This document shows, one piece after another, positions 29,924-41,489 of a stretch of DNA of 64,000 nt; positions within the stretch are counted from its first letter, which is position 1, and each line of letters begins with the position of its first letter. The notes under the pieces were generated by a model. The model worked only from the letters and a program-made list of their open reading frames with translations. It did no database searches and had not been told where the DNA came from. The position numbers were made by a program, and so were the translations under genes. The stretch is from Cytophagia bacterium (GTDB lineage Bacteria > Bacteroidota > Bacteroidia > UBA7662), in NCBI GenBank assembly GCA_009926405.1, contig RFOZ01000001.1, forward strand, positions 3,261 to 67,260. Direction: 5' to 3'.

Positions 29924-31291
29924 ATGAACAAACTCATCGAAACCCTTCGGAATATCTTCCGGATTGAGGAGTTGAAGGATCGGATTGTTCTGACCTTTGC
30001 CCTCCTTCTGGTTTACCGTTTGGGTTCTTACGTGGTTTTGCCCGGGGTCGATCCGGTCATCCTCGAGCGTTTGAACCCTACGGGCGGTTCCGCCGGTCTG
30101 ACCGGTTTGATCGATCTCTTTGCGGGTGGTGCATTTTCTCGTGCCTCCATTTTTGCGCTGGGTATCATGCCGTATATCTCGGCCTCCATCGTAGTCCAGT
30201 TAATGGGCATGGTGATTCCTTCTTTTCAGAAAATGATGAAAGAAGGTGAAAGCGGACGCAACAAAATCAATCAGATAACCCGGTACTTGACCATTGCCGT
30301 AACGGCTGCTCAGGCCATGGGCTTCTTGATTAACCTCAAAGCACAATCGCTTGACGCCATCATTCTGCGCTCAGGCGATACCCTGGATTTTTCCTTCGTT
30401 TTGTCTACCATTGTGGTCCTGACGGCTGGTACCATGTTCGTCATGTGGCTCGGTGAAAAAATCACCGACAAGGGTCTCGGCAACGGAACCTCCCTCATCA
30501 TCATGGTGGGTATCATTGCTCAATTACCCGATGCTCTGATCGCTGAGTTCCAGTTTCGTTCCGGAGCGGGGGGCGGGGGGCTTATTCCTTTCTTGGTTGA
30601 AATTGCCATGTTGGCCGTGGTGGTCGGACTCACCATTCTTTTGGTTCAGGGAACCCGCAAAATTCCACTTCAGGTCGCCAAGCGGGTCGTGGGGAACCGT
30701 GTTTACGGCGGTCAGCGCCAACACATTCCTATCAAGGTGAATGCTGCCGGTGTTATGCCCATCATTTTTGCCCAAGCCATTATGTTTTTGCCTGCGACAA
30801 TCGCTCAGTTTTTCCCTGAATCGGATTTTAGCGCCGGTGTGATGGCGGCCTTTGTGGACTATACCGGGGTAACCTACAACGTCGTTCTGGCTTTGCTCAT
30901 TGTTGTCTTCACGTATTTCTACACCTCGCTTTCGGTGAATGCCAACCAAATGGCCGAAGATCTAAAGCGCAATGGTGCATTTATTCCAGGTGTCAAACCA
31001 GGACGTAGCACGGCAGATTACATCGATGATGTTTTGGCTCGAATCACGCTTCCTGGTTCATTGTTCCTCGCCGGTGTTGCGATTTTGCCCGCTGTGGCGA
31101 TTATCCTGGGTGTCAATTCTCAGTTCGCACAATTTTACGGCGGAACCTCCTTGCTGATTTTGGTCGGTGTTATTTTGGATAGCCTGGCCCAGATTGAAAC
31201 CCATCTCCTCAACCGTCACTACGATGGATTGATGAAATCAGGGCGTATCAAGGGACGCTCCAACAATATTATGGAGGGCCCTAGAGCCTAA
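29924..31291 (+). CDS. secY: Preprotein translocase subunit SecY
   Basis: [51 protein letters not shown]. Confidence 0.99.
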   Translation: MNKLIETLRNIFRIEELKDRIVLTFALLLVYRLGSYVVLPGVDPVILERLNPTGGSAGLTGLIDLFAGGAFSRASIFALGIMPYISASIVVQLMGMVIPSFQKMMKEGESGRNKINQITRYLTIAVTAAQAMGFLINLKAQSLDAIILRSGDTLDFSFVLSTIVVLTAGTMFVMWLGEKITDKGLGNGTSLIIMVGIIAQLPDALIAEFQFRSGAGGGGLIPFLVEIAMLAVVVGLTILLVQGTRKIPLQVAKRVVGNRVYGGQRQHIPIKVNAAGVMPIIFAQAIMFLPATIAQFFPESDFSAGVMAAFVDYTGVTYNVVLALLIVVFTYFYTSLSVNANQMAEDLKRNGAFIPGVKPGRSTADYIDDVLARITLPGSLFLAGVAILPAVAIILGVNSQFAQFYGGTSLLILVGVILDSLAQIETHLLNRHYDGLMKSGRIKGRSNNIMEGPRA

Positions 31292-31296
31292 AACTT

Positions 31297-31512
31297 ATGG
31301 CCAAGCAGACCTCCATCAAGCAAGACGGCATCATTCTCGAAGCCTTGTCCAACGCCATGTTTCGTGTCGAATTGGAGAACGGTCACGTGATTGTTTCCCA
31401 CATTTCGGGGAAGATGAGAATGAACTACATCAAGATTTTGCCTGGTGACAAAGTGCAGGTTGAAATGTCCCCTTACGATCTAACCAAAGGCCGTATTTGT
31501 TACCGCTATTAA
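31297..31512 (+). CDS. infA: Translation initiation factor IF-1
   Basis: [24 protein letters not shown]. Confidence 0.99.
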   Translation: MAKQTSIKQDGIILEALSNAMFRVELENGHVIVSHISGKMRMNYIKILPGDKVQVEMSPYDLTKGRICYRY

Positions 31513-31538
31513 CCCCTTAACACCTCAACCGAGCGCAT

Positions 31539-31655
31539 ATGAAAGTTAAAGCCTCCGTCAAAAAAAGGAGCATAGAGTGCAAAGTGGTTCGCCGCAAAGG
31601 CAAGCTCTATGTCATTAACAAGAAGAACCCCAAGTTTAAACAAAGACAAGGATAA
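31539..31655 (+). CDS. rpmJ: 50S ribosomal protein L36 (38 aa, non-zinc-ribbon type; absent from the ORF track)
   Basis: Hand translation [38 protein letters not shown]. Confidence 0.96.
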   Translation: MKVKASVKKRSIECKVVRRKGKLYVINKKNPKFKQRQG

Positions 31656-31657
31656 TT

Positions 31658-32035
31658 ATGGCAAGGATAGCTGGCATAGACCTGCCCCGTAACAAAAGAG
31701 GTGAAATCGGGCTCACCTACATCTATGGGATTGGACGCTCCTCCTCCCGCAAAATTCTGGCCAATGCCGGAGTGGACATGAACACCAAAGTGGGTGAATG
31801 GGATGACGAACAGCTCAACGCTATTCGTAAACTCATCACGGACGAGTTCAGGGTTGAGGGCGAGCTTCGTTCCGAGGTTCAACTAAACATCAAGCGATTG
31901 ATGGATATTGGTTGCTACCGAGGACAGCGGCACCGTAAAGGTCTCCCATTGCGCGGTCAGCGGACCAAGAACAATTCGCGTACCCGCAAAGGCAAACGCA
32001 AAACCGTGGCAAACAAGAAAAAGGTCACCAAGTAA
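31658..32035 (+). CDS. rpsM: 30S ribosomal protein S13
   Basis: [25 protein letters not shown]. Confidence 0.99.
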   Translation: MARIAGIDLPRNKRGEIGLTYIYGIGRSSSRKILANAGVDMNTKVGEWDDEQLNAIRKLITDEFRVEGELRSEVQLNIKRLMDIGCYRGQRHRKGLPLRGQRTKNNSRTRKGKRKTVANKKKVTK

Positions 32036-32059
32036 TTCTAATACAACCCAGAATCATTC

Positions 32060-32449
32060 ATGGCAAAATCAACCAAAGTCGTCAAAAAGCGTGTGGTCCG
32101 TGTGGATGCCACCGGTCAGGTGCATGTTCACTCCACATTCAACAACATTATCGTTTCGGTTACCAACGCCGAAGGTCAGGTGATTTCTTGGGCGTCCGCC
32201 GGCAAAGCCGGTTTCAAGGGCTCCAAGAAGAACACACCATACGCAGCCCAAGTGGCAGCGTCCGATTGTGCCAAAGTGGCCTACGACCTGGGTATGCGTC
32301 GCGCTGAAGTATTTGTGAAGGGACCCGGTGCAGGTCGTGAATCAGCGATTCGTGCTGTTTCCACCATTGGGATTGAGGTGACCGCCATCAACGATGTCAC
32401 TCCGATGCCTCACAACGGTTGCCGTCCCGCCAAACGCCGTCGCGTTTAA
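32060..32449 (+). CDS. rpsK: 30S ribosomal protein S11
   Basis: [29 protein letters not shown]. Confidence 0.99.
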   Translation: MAKSTKVVKKRVVRVDATGQVHVHSTFNNIIVSVTNAEGQVISWASAGKAGFKGSKKNTPYAAQVAASDCAKVAYDLGMRRAEVFVKGPGAGRESAIRAVSTIGIEVTAINDVTPMPHNGCRPAKRRRV

Positions 32450-32492
32450 TTCCCTTACCCGTTTTATCCCTTTCTAACCATACGATACAACC

Positions 32493-33101
32493 ATGGCCAG
32501 ATATACAGGTCCCAAAACCAAAGTTGCCCGCCGATTTAAGGAGCCCATTTTTGGGCCAGACAAAGGATTGCAAAAAAAGCAATACGGTCCAGGTCAGCAC
32601 GGTCCTTCCAAACGTTCTCCCAAGAAATCAGAATACTCAGTTCAGTTGGGTGAAAAACAAAAGATGAAGTACACTTACGGTGTTTTGGAGCGTCAGTTCT
32701 CCCTCACCTTTGCCAAAGCCAACCGCAAAAAAGGCAGCACCGGTGAAAACCTCATCAAGTTCTTGGAGGCCCGTCTTGATAACACCGTTTTTCGTTTGGG
32801 AATTGCCCCAACACGCGAAGCCGGCCGTCAATTGGTTTCTCACCGTCACATCGTTGTGAACGGCAAAGTCGTGAACATTCCTTCGTATCAATTGCATCCT
32901 GGTGATACCGTTGGTGTTCGTGAAAAATCCAAGAACCTGGAGGTTATCGTCGATGCGGTAGGTTCCAAAATGGTTTCCAAGTTTAACTGGTTGGAATGGA
33001 ATCGTGAAAAACTGGAGGGTCGTTTTGTGGATTTCCCGGAGCGCGATCAGATTCCTGAGAATTTCAAGGAGCAGCTCATCGTCGAATTGTACTCCAAGTA
33101 A
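32493..33101 (+). CDS. rpsD: 30S ribosomal protein S4
   Basis: MARYTGP, PGQHG, LEARLDN, IVELYSK. Confidence 0.99.
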   Translation: MARYTGPKTKVARRFKEPIFGPDKGLQKKQYGPGQHGPSKRSPKKSEYSVQLGEKQKMKYTYGVLERQFSLTFAKANRKKGSTGENLIKFLEARLDNTVFRLGIAPTREAGRQLVSHRHIVVNGKVVNIPSYQLHPGDTVGVREKSKNLEVIVDAVGSKMVSKFNWLEWNREKLEGRFVDFPERDQIPENFKEQLIVELYSK

Positions 33102-33140
33102 TCTCAGCCGTTATCCCCTCTATCTTTTTAAAAAATCCTT

Positions 33141-34133
33141 ATGTCCGTTATTGTTTTTCAAAAACCTGAGAAGGTTATCATGCACAAGGCCAGCGAGTTT
33201 CAGGGGTCTTTTGAATTCAAACCCTTGGAGCCTGGTTACGGTGTTACCATCGGCAATGCCTTGCGCCGTATTCTCCTGTCTTCTTTGCAGGGATATGCCA
33301 TTTCATCCATCCGCGTCCCGGGTGTCGATCATGAATTCTCCACCATCAAAGGGGTTGTTGAAGATGTTATTGAACTGATTCTGAACCTGAAACAGGTTCG
33401 TTTCAAACCCAAAGGTGAAGGAATCGATGGCGAAAAACTTATCGTAATCCTCAAAGGCAAGGGTGTTTTCACCGCGGGAGATATTGAGCAATTTTCAAGC
33501 AATTTCAAAATCTTGAATCCTGAATTGGTGTTGTGCACCATGGATGGCAAAATGACTTTAGAATTGGAATTGACGATCCGCAAAGGACGTGGGTATGTTG
33601 CGGCCGAAGACAACAAAATCGAAGACGCTCCCTTGGGGGTTGTTCCAATTGATTCGGTTTTCACGCCTATCAAGAACGTCAGCTACCAAATCGAGAATAC
33701 ACGCGTTGAACAAAAAACCGACTACGAAAAATTACTTCTGGATGTGACGACCGATGGGTCCATTCATCCGGAAGATGCTTTGAAGGAGGCGGCCCGAATT
33801 TTGATTCAACATTTTGCCTTGTTTTCGGATGAGAGCATGGCCCTTGAATTGGCCTCCTCGGATCCTGCCATGGAAATTGACGAAGACTTTTTGGCCAAAC
33901 GCAAATTGCTGAAGTCCAACCTGGGCGATATGAACCTCTCGGTTCGCGCATTTAATTGCCTCAAGGCCGCCGAAATCCGCACCTTGGCTGACCTGGTCAA
34001 GTTCGATATCGCCGATTTGCTGAAATTCCGCAACTTCGGAAAGAAATCGCTCACCGAGTTGGAGGATTTGGTTCGGGAAAAGGGCCTCACTTTTGGTATG
34101 GACATTCACAAATACAAACTCGACGAAGACTAA
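33141..34133 (+). CDS. rpoA: DNA-directed RNA polymerase subunit alpha
   Basis: [39 protein letters not shown]. Confidence 0.99.
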   Translation: MSVIVFQKPEKVIMHKASEFQGSFEFKPLEPGYGVTIGNALRRILLSSLQGYAISSIRVPGVDHEFSTIKGVVEDVIELILNLKQVRFKPKGEGIDGEKLIVILKGKGVFTAGDIEQFSSNFKILNPELVLCTMDGKMTLELELTIRKGRGYVAAEDNKIEDAPLGVVPIDSVFTPIKNVSYQIENTRVEQKTDYEKLLLDVTTDGSIHPEDALKEAARILIQHFALFSDESMALELASSDPAMEIDEDFLAKRKLLKSNLGDMNLSVRAFNCLKAAEIRTLADLVKFDIADLLKFRNFGKKSLTELEDLVREKGLTFGMDIHKYKLDED

Positions 34134-34172
34134 GCCCCGGAAACTTAAAGAAGCTCCGCTAAAGACAACGAT

Positions 34173-34874
34173 ATGCGCCACGGAAATACCATTAACCACC
34201 TCAGTCGGACCTACGGTCATCGCAAGGCGATGCTCCGTAACATGGCCGTCTCTCTGATTCTTAACAAACGCATCAACACCACCTTGGCCAAGGCCAAGGA
34301 GTTGCGCAAGTTTGTTGAACCTGTTTTGACTCGTTCCAAGTCGGATACCATGCACAATCGTCGGATGGTTTTTGCTGATTTGCAGGACAAAGAAGCTGTC
34401 AAAGAATTGTTTGCCACGGTTGCCGAAAAAATTGCAACCCGCCCTGGAGGCTATACCCGTATCATCAAGACTGGTTTTCGTTTGGGTGATGCCGCGGAAA
34501 TGTGCATGATGGAATTGGTGGATTTTAACGAATTGCTGTTGGCCGATGCGGCCTCCCGCAAAGCCAAAACGACTCGTCGTAGCCGTTCTTCCAAGAAGTC
34601 GTCTTCCGGTCTAGATTCTGTGGCTCCTGTTGCTGCCGCCGCCCCCGTTGCAGAATTGGTAGCTCCGCTCCTTGAAGAGGAGGCTCCTGCTGTTGTGGAG
34701 GAAGCTCCTGCTGTTGTGGAGGAAGCTCCTGCTGCGGTGGACGAGGCTCCTGCTGTTGTGGACGAGGCTCCTGCTGTTGTGGAGGAAGCTCCTGCTGCGG
34801 TGGACGAGGCTCCTGCCGATGAAGCAAGCGCGCCCGAAGAAGATAGCCCCGAACAAGAAGAGCCCAAAGCCTAA
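34173..34874 (+). CDS. rplQ: 50S ribosomal protein L17 with acidic repeat tail
   Basis: [26 protein letters not shown]; about 110-aa extension. Confidence 0.98.
   Translation: MRHGNTINHLSRTYGHRKAMLRNMAVSLILNKRINTTLAKAKELRKFVEPVLTRSKSDTMHNRRMVFADLQDKEAVKELFATVAEKIATRPGGYTRIIKTGFRLGDAAEMCMMELVDFNELLLADAASRKAKTTRRSRSSKKSSSGLDSVAPVAAAAPVAELVAPLLEEEAPAVVEEAPAVVEEAPAAVDEAPAVVDEAPAVVEEAPAAVDEAPADEASAPEEDSPEQEEPKA
34677..34817 (+). repeat. 21-bp in-frame tandem repeat, about 6.7 copies, encoding (E/D)EAPA(V/A)V
   Basis: Units GASGARGCTCCTGCTGYKGTG start at 34677, 34698, 34719, 34740, 34761, 34782, with a partial copy at 34803. Confidence 0.95.
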
Positions 34875-34880
34875 CCTATG

Positions 34881-34908
34881 AAACCCCGCTTCGGCGGGGT
34901 TTTCTTTT
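34881..34908 (+). terminator. Intrinsic terminator of the ribosomal superoperon
   Basis: AAACCCCGC-TTCG-GCGGGGTTT (C-UUCG-G tetraloop) followed by TCTTTT. Confidence 0.93.
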
Positions 34909-34940
34909 GAAGGGGGATGGGGCATTGAGTTGAAGGAGGC

Positions 34941-34948
34941 TATTTTTG
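34941..34948 (+). promoter_or_regulatory. Candidate -7 promoter box for carA
   Basis: TATTTTTG, 31 nt upstream of the ATG and downstream of the terminator; no clear -33 box. Confidence 0.55.
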
Positions 34949-34979
34949 TTCTTGAAAACCATCGATTTATTTTAGAACC

Positions 34980-36098
34980 ATGACCGCACCGTTGCCGACC
35001 CCCGGGTCTCTACACCTACAGGATGGACGAATTTTTGAAGGTTGGATTATAGGCTGGGATGCTGGGATTTGTGGGGGTGAGCTTTGCTTTAACACCTCCA
35101 TGACCGGTTACCAGGAAATGTTCACCGATCCATCCTATCGTGGTCAAATGCTGATACACAATTTTGTGCACCTAGGAAATTACGGGGCCTATGCCCCGGA
35201 CCAGGAATCGGAACGCGTTCAGATCAGCGGGGTGGTCGTCCGCAATTTTTCGGAAAAGCATTCCCGCTTGATGGCTGATTCTTCTTTGCAGGACTACATG
35301 GTCCAGAATCAATTGATGGGAATAAGGGGCATTGACACCAGGGCTTTGGTTCGGCATATTCGAAACAGTGGAGCAATGAATGCCGTCATTCTTTCGCACA
35401 AAGACCCGGTTGGAGATCAAGGCCAACGGGCCCAAAAGGCTTTGGAGAACCTGCCCGCGATGGCCGGTTTGGATCTGAGCGCCATGGTGACCACCGTTGA
35501 ACCTTATCGAATGGCTTCTTCGCTACCTGGCACCCCCAAACGGGTGGTTGTTATGGATTACGGAGTCAAACGCAACATGCTTCAACATTTAACCAACAGG
35601 GGCTGCGAGCTTCAGGTGCTTCCGGCATCGGCCACCTTTGAAGAGGTCATGGCTTGTGAACCTCAAGGTATTTTGCTGTCCAATGGTCCCGGTGATCCTG
35701 CAGCCATGGACATGCAAGTCGCTGTCGTCCGAACTTTGTTGGAACGCAAAATCCCATTGATGGGCATTTGTTTGGGTCATCAACTCTTGGCCAGGGCAGC
35801 CGGTCTTGAAACCTTCAAAATGCATAACGGGCATCGTGGCTCCAATCATCCTGTTCAGAACCTCCGCCGAAACCGCTCGGAGATAACCTCCCAAAATCAC
35901 GGCTTCGCGGTGAATTTGGAACAAACCAAGGAGGCATCTCATCTGGAGTTGACCCATATTAACTTGAACGATCACACCGTTGAAGGCCTTGCATTGCGTG
36001 AGAGCCCCGCGTTCTCGGTGCAGTATCACCCGGAGTCCAACCCTGGACCCCATGATTCGCATTATTTGTTTGATGATTTTGTGGCCATGATGGCCTAA
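34980..36098 (+). CDS. carA: Carbamoyl-phosphate synthase small subunit
   Basis: FNTSMTGYQE.FTDPSY, LSNGPGDP, GICLGHQ, SQNHGFAV, QYHPE. Confidence 0.97.
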   Translation: MTAPLPTPGSLHLQDGRIFEGWIIGWDAGICGGELCFNTSMTGYQEMFTDPSYRGQMLIHNFVHLGNYGAYAPDQESERVQISGVVVRNFSEKHSRLMADSSLQDYMVQNQLMGIRGIDTRALVRHIRNSGAMNAVILSHKDPVGDQGQRAQKALENLPAMAGLDLSAMVTTVEPYRMASSLPGTPKRVVVMDYGVKRNMLQHLTNRGCELQVLPASATFEEVMACEPQGILLSNGPGDPAAMDMQVAVVRTLLERKIPLMGICLGHQLLARAAGLETFKMHNGHRGSNHPVQNLRRNRSEITSQNHGFAVNLEQTKEASHLELTHINLNDHTVEGLALRESPAFSVQYHPESNPGPHDSHYLFDDFVAMMA

Positions 36099-36133
36099 CT
36101 TTTGCCTTCGCTAACGCATATATTTTTCTTTAA

Positions 36134-37444
<1,311 letters not shown>

Positions 37445-37452
37445 TTGCAAGC

Positions 37453-37755
37453 ATGGCCGCACCATTGAGACGAATTCTTCGAAACCGTTTTTTGATTGCG
37501 GGATTTCTTTTTGTGTTATGGATTTTGTTTTTGGACGAATACCGGTGGTTGGGTCAGGCCAAAGTTCGACGCGAGTGGAGGCTTTTGCAGAAGCAGAAGT
37601 CCTATTATGATTCTTCCATAAGGGTCATGACCCTAGAAAAAGCCGCCCTGGAATCAGATACGCTTTTGTTGGAACGTTTGGCCCGCGAAAAGTACCGAAT
37701 GGTCAAGCCCGGGGAATCGGTTTTTTGGTTGCTGGACACGGTCCAGGCGCCTTGA
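37453..37755 (+). CDS. ftsB: FtsB/DivIC-family septum formation initiator
   Basis: N-terminal TM helix, coiled coil, LERLAREKYRMVKPGE; follows eno. Confidence 0.82.
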   Translation: MAAPLRRILRNRFLIAGFLFVLWILFLDEYRWLGQAKVRREWRLLQKQKSYYDSSIRVMTLEKAALESDTLLLERLAREKYRMVKPGESVFWLLDTVQAP

Positions 37756-37756
37756 T

Positions 37757-38470
37757 TTATTCCAGGTCTTGTTTAATTAGCAAGGCCGTGCTCATTCCTG
37801 CTAAACAACGTTCGACCCGGTTGCTAAGGTTCTTGGCCAGGCAGACTTCGCCGCGGTTGATCAGGGAAATTTGCCCCAAAACTCTACCATCTTGTTCGTA
37901 GCGCAATCCTGCATGGGTGGCTCCTAGCCAGGGTCGGTTCCCTTCAAGGGTCCTTATGCTATGGATTTCAATGAGGGCCTCCCCTGGAATATCTAAATGA
38001 CCGCATAGGCTTTGCCGCCGTGATGCTGTTTCGGGTCTAAACAAAACAAATTCAGCGCGGGGCTCACCATGGCTGTGAATTTCGCCGGTTAACAGATGGC
38101 TGTAAGACAAGGGTAAAGCGATACGGCCTTGCCACAAAGGGACATCGCTTTGTTTAAAGCGTGCGAAGGTCGTGACCGTATCGTGGCCTGAACCATTGCT
38201 GGAGCTTTGGATCAGGCGTATGCGTTGCGTGGCTCCGCTAAACCGAATGCCAACACGGGCTTGGTAGGAATTGACAGCCCCCCTACGCACTTGGAGGGTG
38301 GAGTAGGGCCCGTAGTTTATCCTCACTTTGAACCGAAATTGTTGGCGACCCTGCACCGGGTAACAATCCGACTGGTCTATTAGACCAGGGTCTAGAGCTA
38401 ACCGTAATGGAGTACACGAGACAGCTTGTAACACCAAACCTGCGAGCAAAGCATAGAATATTTTTTTCAT
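37757..38470 (-). CDS. Hypothetical lipoprotein
   Basis: MKK, hydrophobic core, then AVS-C19 lipobox-like site; no recognised domain. Confidence 0.7.
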   Translation of the reverse strand: MKKIFYALLAGLVLQAVSCTPLRLALDPGLIDQSDCYPVQGRQQFRFKVRINYGPYSTLQVRRGAVNSYQARVGIRFSGATQRIRLIQSSSNGSGHDTVTTFARFKQSDVPLWQGRIALPLSYSHLLTGEIHSHGEPRAEFVLFRPETASRRQSLCGHLDIPGEALIEIHSIRTLEGNRPWLGATHAGLRYEQDGRVLGQISLINRGEVCLAKNLSNRVERCLAGMSTALLIKQDLE

Positions 38471-38491
38471 GTTACGAATTTTTGAATCCTA

Positions 38492-40669
38492 TTAAACCCC
38501 TCCTAACGCTCGGACCAAGACCCATTCAATACCTAACAAAAGAGATATCAGAATCCAAGTCCAGATCGAACGCAACCAGGAAGTAGCAACCAAGCTTAGG
38601 CTGCTTTCAGGCCGAATGGTCGGGTGTGACTTGATTTTTTGATATAATCTTTCGAGAGCAAGTGCTCGAGATTTTGGGTCCCAGGCATCCATGCGGACAT
38701 AGGTTCCGTTGGTTTGCTTCGCCAGACTTTGGAGTAGGTTGTGATCGCCCGGTTCGTCCGGGTTTTCGAGGCCAAAGGATTGAACGGCCAAGACTCCTTT
38801 CTTTTCAAGAGGCTGTCCGTTGGCGGATGTGGTGGCGGTGTAACGGTAGGTTCCAGCGGCTAAACGACCCAAATTAAGGCGGTATCCCAATCCGTCCGGG
38901 ATCATCGTCGCATCGCTGACAAGGCGATCCTTTTGGTAAAGCTGGAATCGCAGGGTGTTTTGGTTGTCAAATTCACCTTGCGCATTGCGTAGACTGCCTT
39001 CGATGAGGACTTGCTGCGTTTCGTTAAAGAAAGGCCGAACCGGTCGAATTTCCAGACCTTCGGAAGCTTGACCGCCCAAAAGCAGGGAAACGGTTTTGTA
39101 AACCAGTTCCTCCAAAGGGGAGGTTGAAACGGAACCTCCTTGGCTGGAGCGATCATCCGAATTCAGGGCCAATCGCCAGCGCCACAAACCCTCGCCCCAG
39201 AGGTAGGCTCTTGCCGGACGGCTTTTGTATTCCACAACCCATAAAGGTCGCTGGGTGACGACCCGTTCCTTTTGTTGGTACAACAAGGTTGTCGAAACGG
39301 GGGATTCGACCGGGCCCACCGAAGGTGCGTTAAGAGGCGGAAGACGACGCATTCCTTCGGCGAGCTGTCCTCCAGGAAGGAAGGCATTCCAGCGTTGATT
39401 TAGAACCGGGAGTACCTGAGCCAAAGGAACCGAGGCCAAGGAAGGTCCCTCCGGCCAGAGCCGCCAATCGCTGGCTGCACCACCCATCCACCAAAGGGGT
39501 TTTCCTTTTTGTAGAATTTTTTGGAGTAAGTCGGCCTCGCCGGCTTCCGGGTTGGCCGAAGGCCATTGATGCCAGATGGTGAGGTCTGCGGATGGATCTG
39601 CGGCGGCTTTGCGCAGGCCTTGCAGGCCGTATTCCAATTCCACTACGTAGTTTTTGGTTTGTTCCAAGAGGCTTCGCAGAACCCCCAAGTCCGGGTGTGG
39701 GGCCTTTGCAAGCAATAGCAGTCGTTTTTTGGTCCGAACCGCTTCGACAAAGGCCAATCGTTCTGGGGCATCCTTAACCTTGTTCTGCTCAGTGGAGCCG
39801 CTCAGGCTGCGGCCTCTGAAACGGATGGCATACAAACCTTCTTCGCCAATGGAAACTTTGAAACGAATGGTTTGCTGGGAGGTGCCCGCACCGGGTTGCC
39901 AAACACGACGTTCGGTTAGGCGGGGTGAGTCCAAACCGGTGGAAACCAAGGCTTCGATTTGCAAGGATTGACCGGACATGTGATGACAGCGCACAGGGAT
40001 TTCTATTTCCAAATCGCTATGGGCTTCAACGCGTTCGGGAACGGTCGGTGTGCCGAGGGTCCATGCGGGTTTTTTGCCTTGGTCTGAACCGCAGCCCAAG
40101 GTCATCACCGGGGCTTGATAGGTTCCAAAAAAGGACTGAGGTTCAATTCCTTGGTTAAAAAGGCCATCACTGACAAGAACCCACGCGGCGATGGTTTCCA
40201 ACCCTGCTTGGTCCGAAGTCCAGTTGGCCAGGGGCTCGGTGGATGTCAGGCTTTGGTTCAACCGCACCGAATTTGCCTGGGATGGGTTGAGGCGATTGGC
40301 GCCTGCTCCATAGCCTACCACATCAACGCGATGGGTCCCTTGGAGTTTTTGGGTGAATTCCAAAGCAAAAGATCGCAATTCATCGGGCGTGATGCCGGGT
40401 CGGTTCATGGACTGGCTTTGGTCCAAAGCCAGGACTACCAAAGGCGGTTGAACGCTTCGCTCTTCCCGCATCCAGGTGGGGTCAAAACAAAGCAGTACCA
40501 ACAAAAAAACGGCCAATCCGCGCAGCGTTCCCAACAACAGGCGACCCTTCCTCAAAGGTTGGTTCGGACGATGGAAACCGTGTCTTGCCCATGCCCAGGC
40601 GAAACCTGCGGCGGCGGACAAAGGCAGAACCCAATACGGGGAACCCCAACCCAGTTCCAAATATCCCAT
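38492..40669 (-). CDS. Membrane-anchored VWA-domain protein
   Basis: Two N-terminal TM segments, LDQSQSM (DxSxS MIDAS), LVSDG, GLWRWR, C-terminal TM helix ending L.IEW..R..GG. Confidence 0.75.
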   Translation of the reverse strand: MGYLELGWGSPYWVLPLSAAAGFAWAWARHGFHRPNQPLRKGRLLLGTLRGLAVFLLVLLCFDPTWMREERSVQPPLVVLALDQSQSMNRPGITPDELRSFALEFTQKLQGTHRVDVVGYGAGANRLNPSQANSVRLNQSLTSTEPLANWTSDQAGLETIAAWVLVSDGLFNQGIEPQSFFGTYQAPVMTLGCGSDQGKKPAWTLGTPTVPERVEAHSDLEIEIPVRCHHMSGQSLQIEALVSTGLDSPRLTERRVWQPGAGTSQQTIRFKVSIGEEGLYAIRFRGRSLSGSTEQNKVKDAPERLAFVEAVRTKKRLLLLAKAPHPDLGVLRSLLEQTKNYVVELEYGLQGLRKAAADPSADLTIWHQWPSANPEAGEADLLQKILQKGKPLWWMGGAASDWRLWPEGPSLASVPLAQVLPVLNQRWNAFLPGGQLAEGMRRLPPLNAPSVGPVESPVSTTLLYQQKERVVTQRPLWVVEYKSRPARAYLWGEGLWRWRLALNSDDRSSQGGSVSTSPLEELVYKTVSLLLGGQASEGLEIRPVRPFFNETQQVLIEGSLRNAQGEFDNQNTLRFQLYQKDRLVSDATMIPDGLGYRLNLGRLAAGTYRYTATTSANGQPLEKKGVLAVQSFGLENPDEPGDHNLLQSLAKQTNGTYVRMDAWDPKSRALALERLYQKIKSHPTIRPESSLSLVATSWLRSIWTWILISLLLGIEWVLVRALGGV

Positions 40670-40680
40670 GGTTTAAAGAC

Positions 40681-41439
40681 CTAGGCGGGGTCCAATCCTC
40701 CGCATACATTCCAGCATTGGCCCGTAACATAAGAAGCCCGGTCGGATGCCAGGAAGGCAATGATTTCAGATACTTCTTCGACCGTTCCCGGTCGTCCCAA
40801 GGGGATTTTGGCATTCCATGCCTCCGAGACAGCCGGGTCCAATTGGCCGGTCATTTCGGTTTCGATGTAACCGGGCGCAACGGCGTTGCATCGAATGTTA
40901 CGAGATCCCAATTCGCGGGCCAAGGACTGGGTGAAAGCAATGACACCTGCCTTGGATGCTGCGTAATTGCTCTGCCCTGCGTTCCCACCGCGCCCAACCA
41001 CCGATGACAAATTGATGATGCTGCCTTTGCGGTTTTTCATGAGGTGGCGAACCGCATGTTTACAAACATTGAAGACGGATTTCAGATTGTTATCCATCAC
41101 CTGATCCCATTGTTCCTCGGTCATCCGGATCAGCAATTGATCCCTGGTAATCCCTGCGTTGTTAACGATGATTTCGAGACCTCCAAAATCTTCCAGGATT
41201 TGCTCAATCAACTTTTCGGCCTGGTTATAATCAGCAGCATCCGAGGCGTAGGCCCGAGCACGGACCCCCATGGCCTGCAATTCTTTCTCAAGTTCCAGGG
41301 CTGATTCTTGGGAGGATTTGTAGGTAAAGGCAATATCGGCTCCCTGAGAGGCCAACTTGCGGGCGATGCCCATTCCAATTCCCCGGCTACCGCCGGTGAC
41401 CAAGGCTATTTTGCCTTGAAGAAGTGTATTTGTGTCCAT
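40681..41439 (-). CDS. fabG: 3-oxoacyl-[ACP] reductase
   Basis: TGGSRGIG, NNAGITRD, YAASK, APGYIET; ATG 41439. Confidence 0.95.
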   Translation of the reverse strand: MDTNTLLQGKIALVTGGSRGIGMGIARKLASQGADIAFTYKSSQESALELEKELQAMGVRARAYASDAADYNQAEKLIEQILEDFGGLEIIVNNAGITRDQLLIRMTEEQWDQVMDNNLKSVFNVCKHAVRHLMKNRKGSIINLSSVVGRGGNAGQSNYAASKAGVIAFTQSLARELGSRNIRCNAVAPGYIETEMTGQLDPAVSEAWNAKIPLGRPGTVEEVSEIIAFLASDRASYVTGQCWNVCGGLDPA

Positions 41440-41444
41440 GGGAA

Positions 41445-41452
41445 CAAAGATA
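41445..41452 (-). promoter_or_regulatory. Candidate -7 promoter box for fabG
   Basis: TATCTTTG on the minus strand, 5 nt before the ATG. Confidence 0.6.
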
Positions 41453-41489
41453 AACCAGCCTTCGCGTCCTGTCAGGAGCAAAGCTTCCC

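Noticed and set aside
20565..31296. No tuf after fusA, and no adk or map around secY
   Set aside because: This arrangement is ordinary for many Bacteroidota and is not evidence of gene loss.
27060..31655. S14 and L36 lacking zinc-ribbon cysteines
   Set aside because: These are the standard forms in Bacteroidota spc/alpha operons.
34677..34817. Regularly spaced repeats as a possible CRISPR array
   Set aside because: Contiguous in-frame units with no unique spacers, inside rplQ, and no cas genes nearby.
34980..36098. carA without carB; also xseB without xseA
   Set aside because: Split locations are common in Bacteroidota, and absence cannot be judged from one window.
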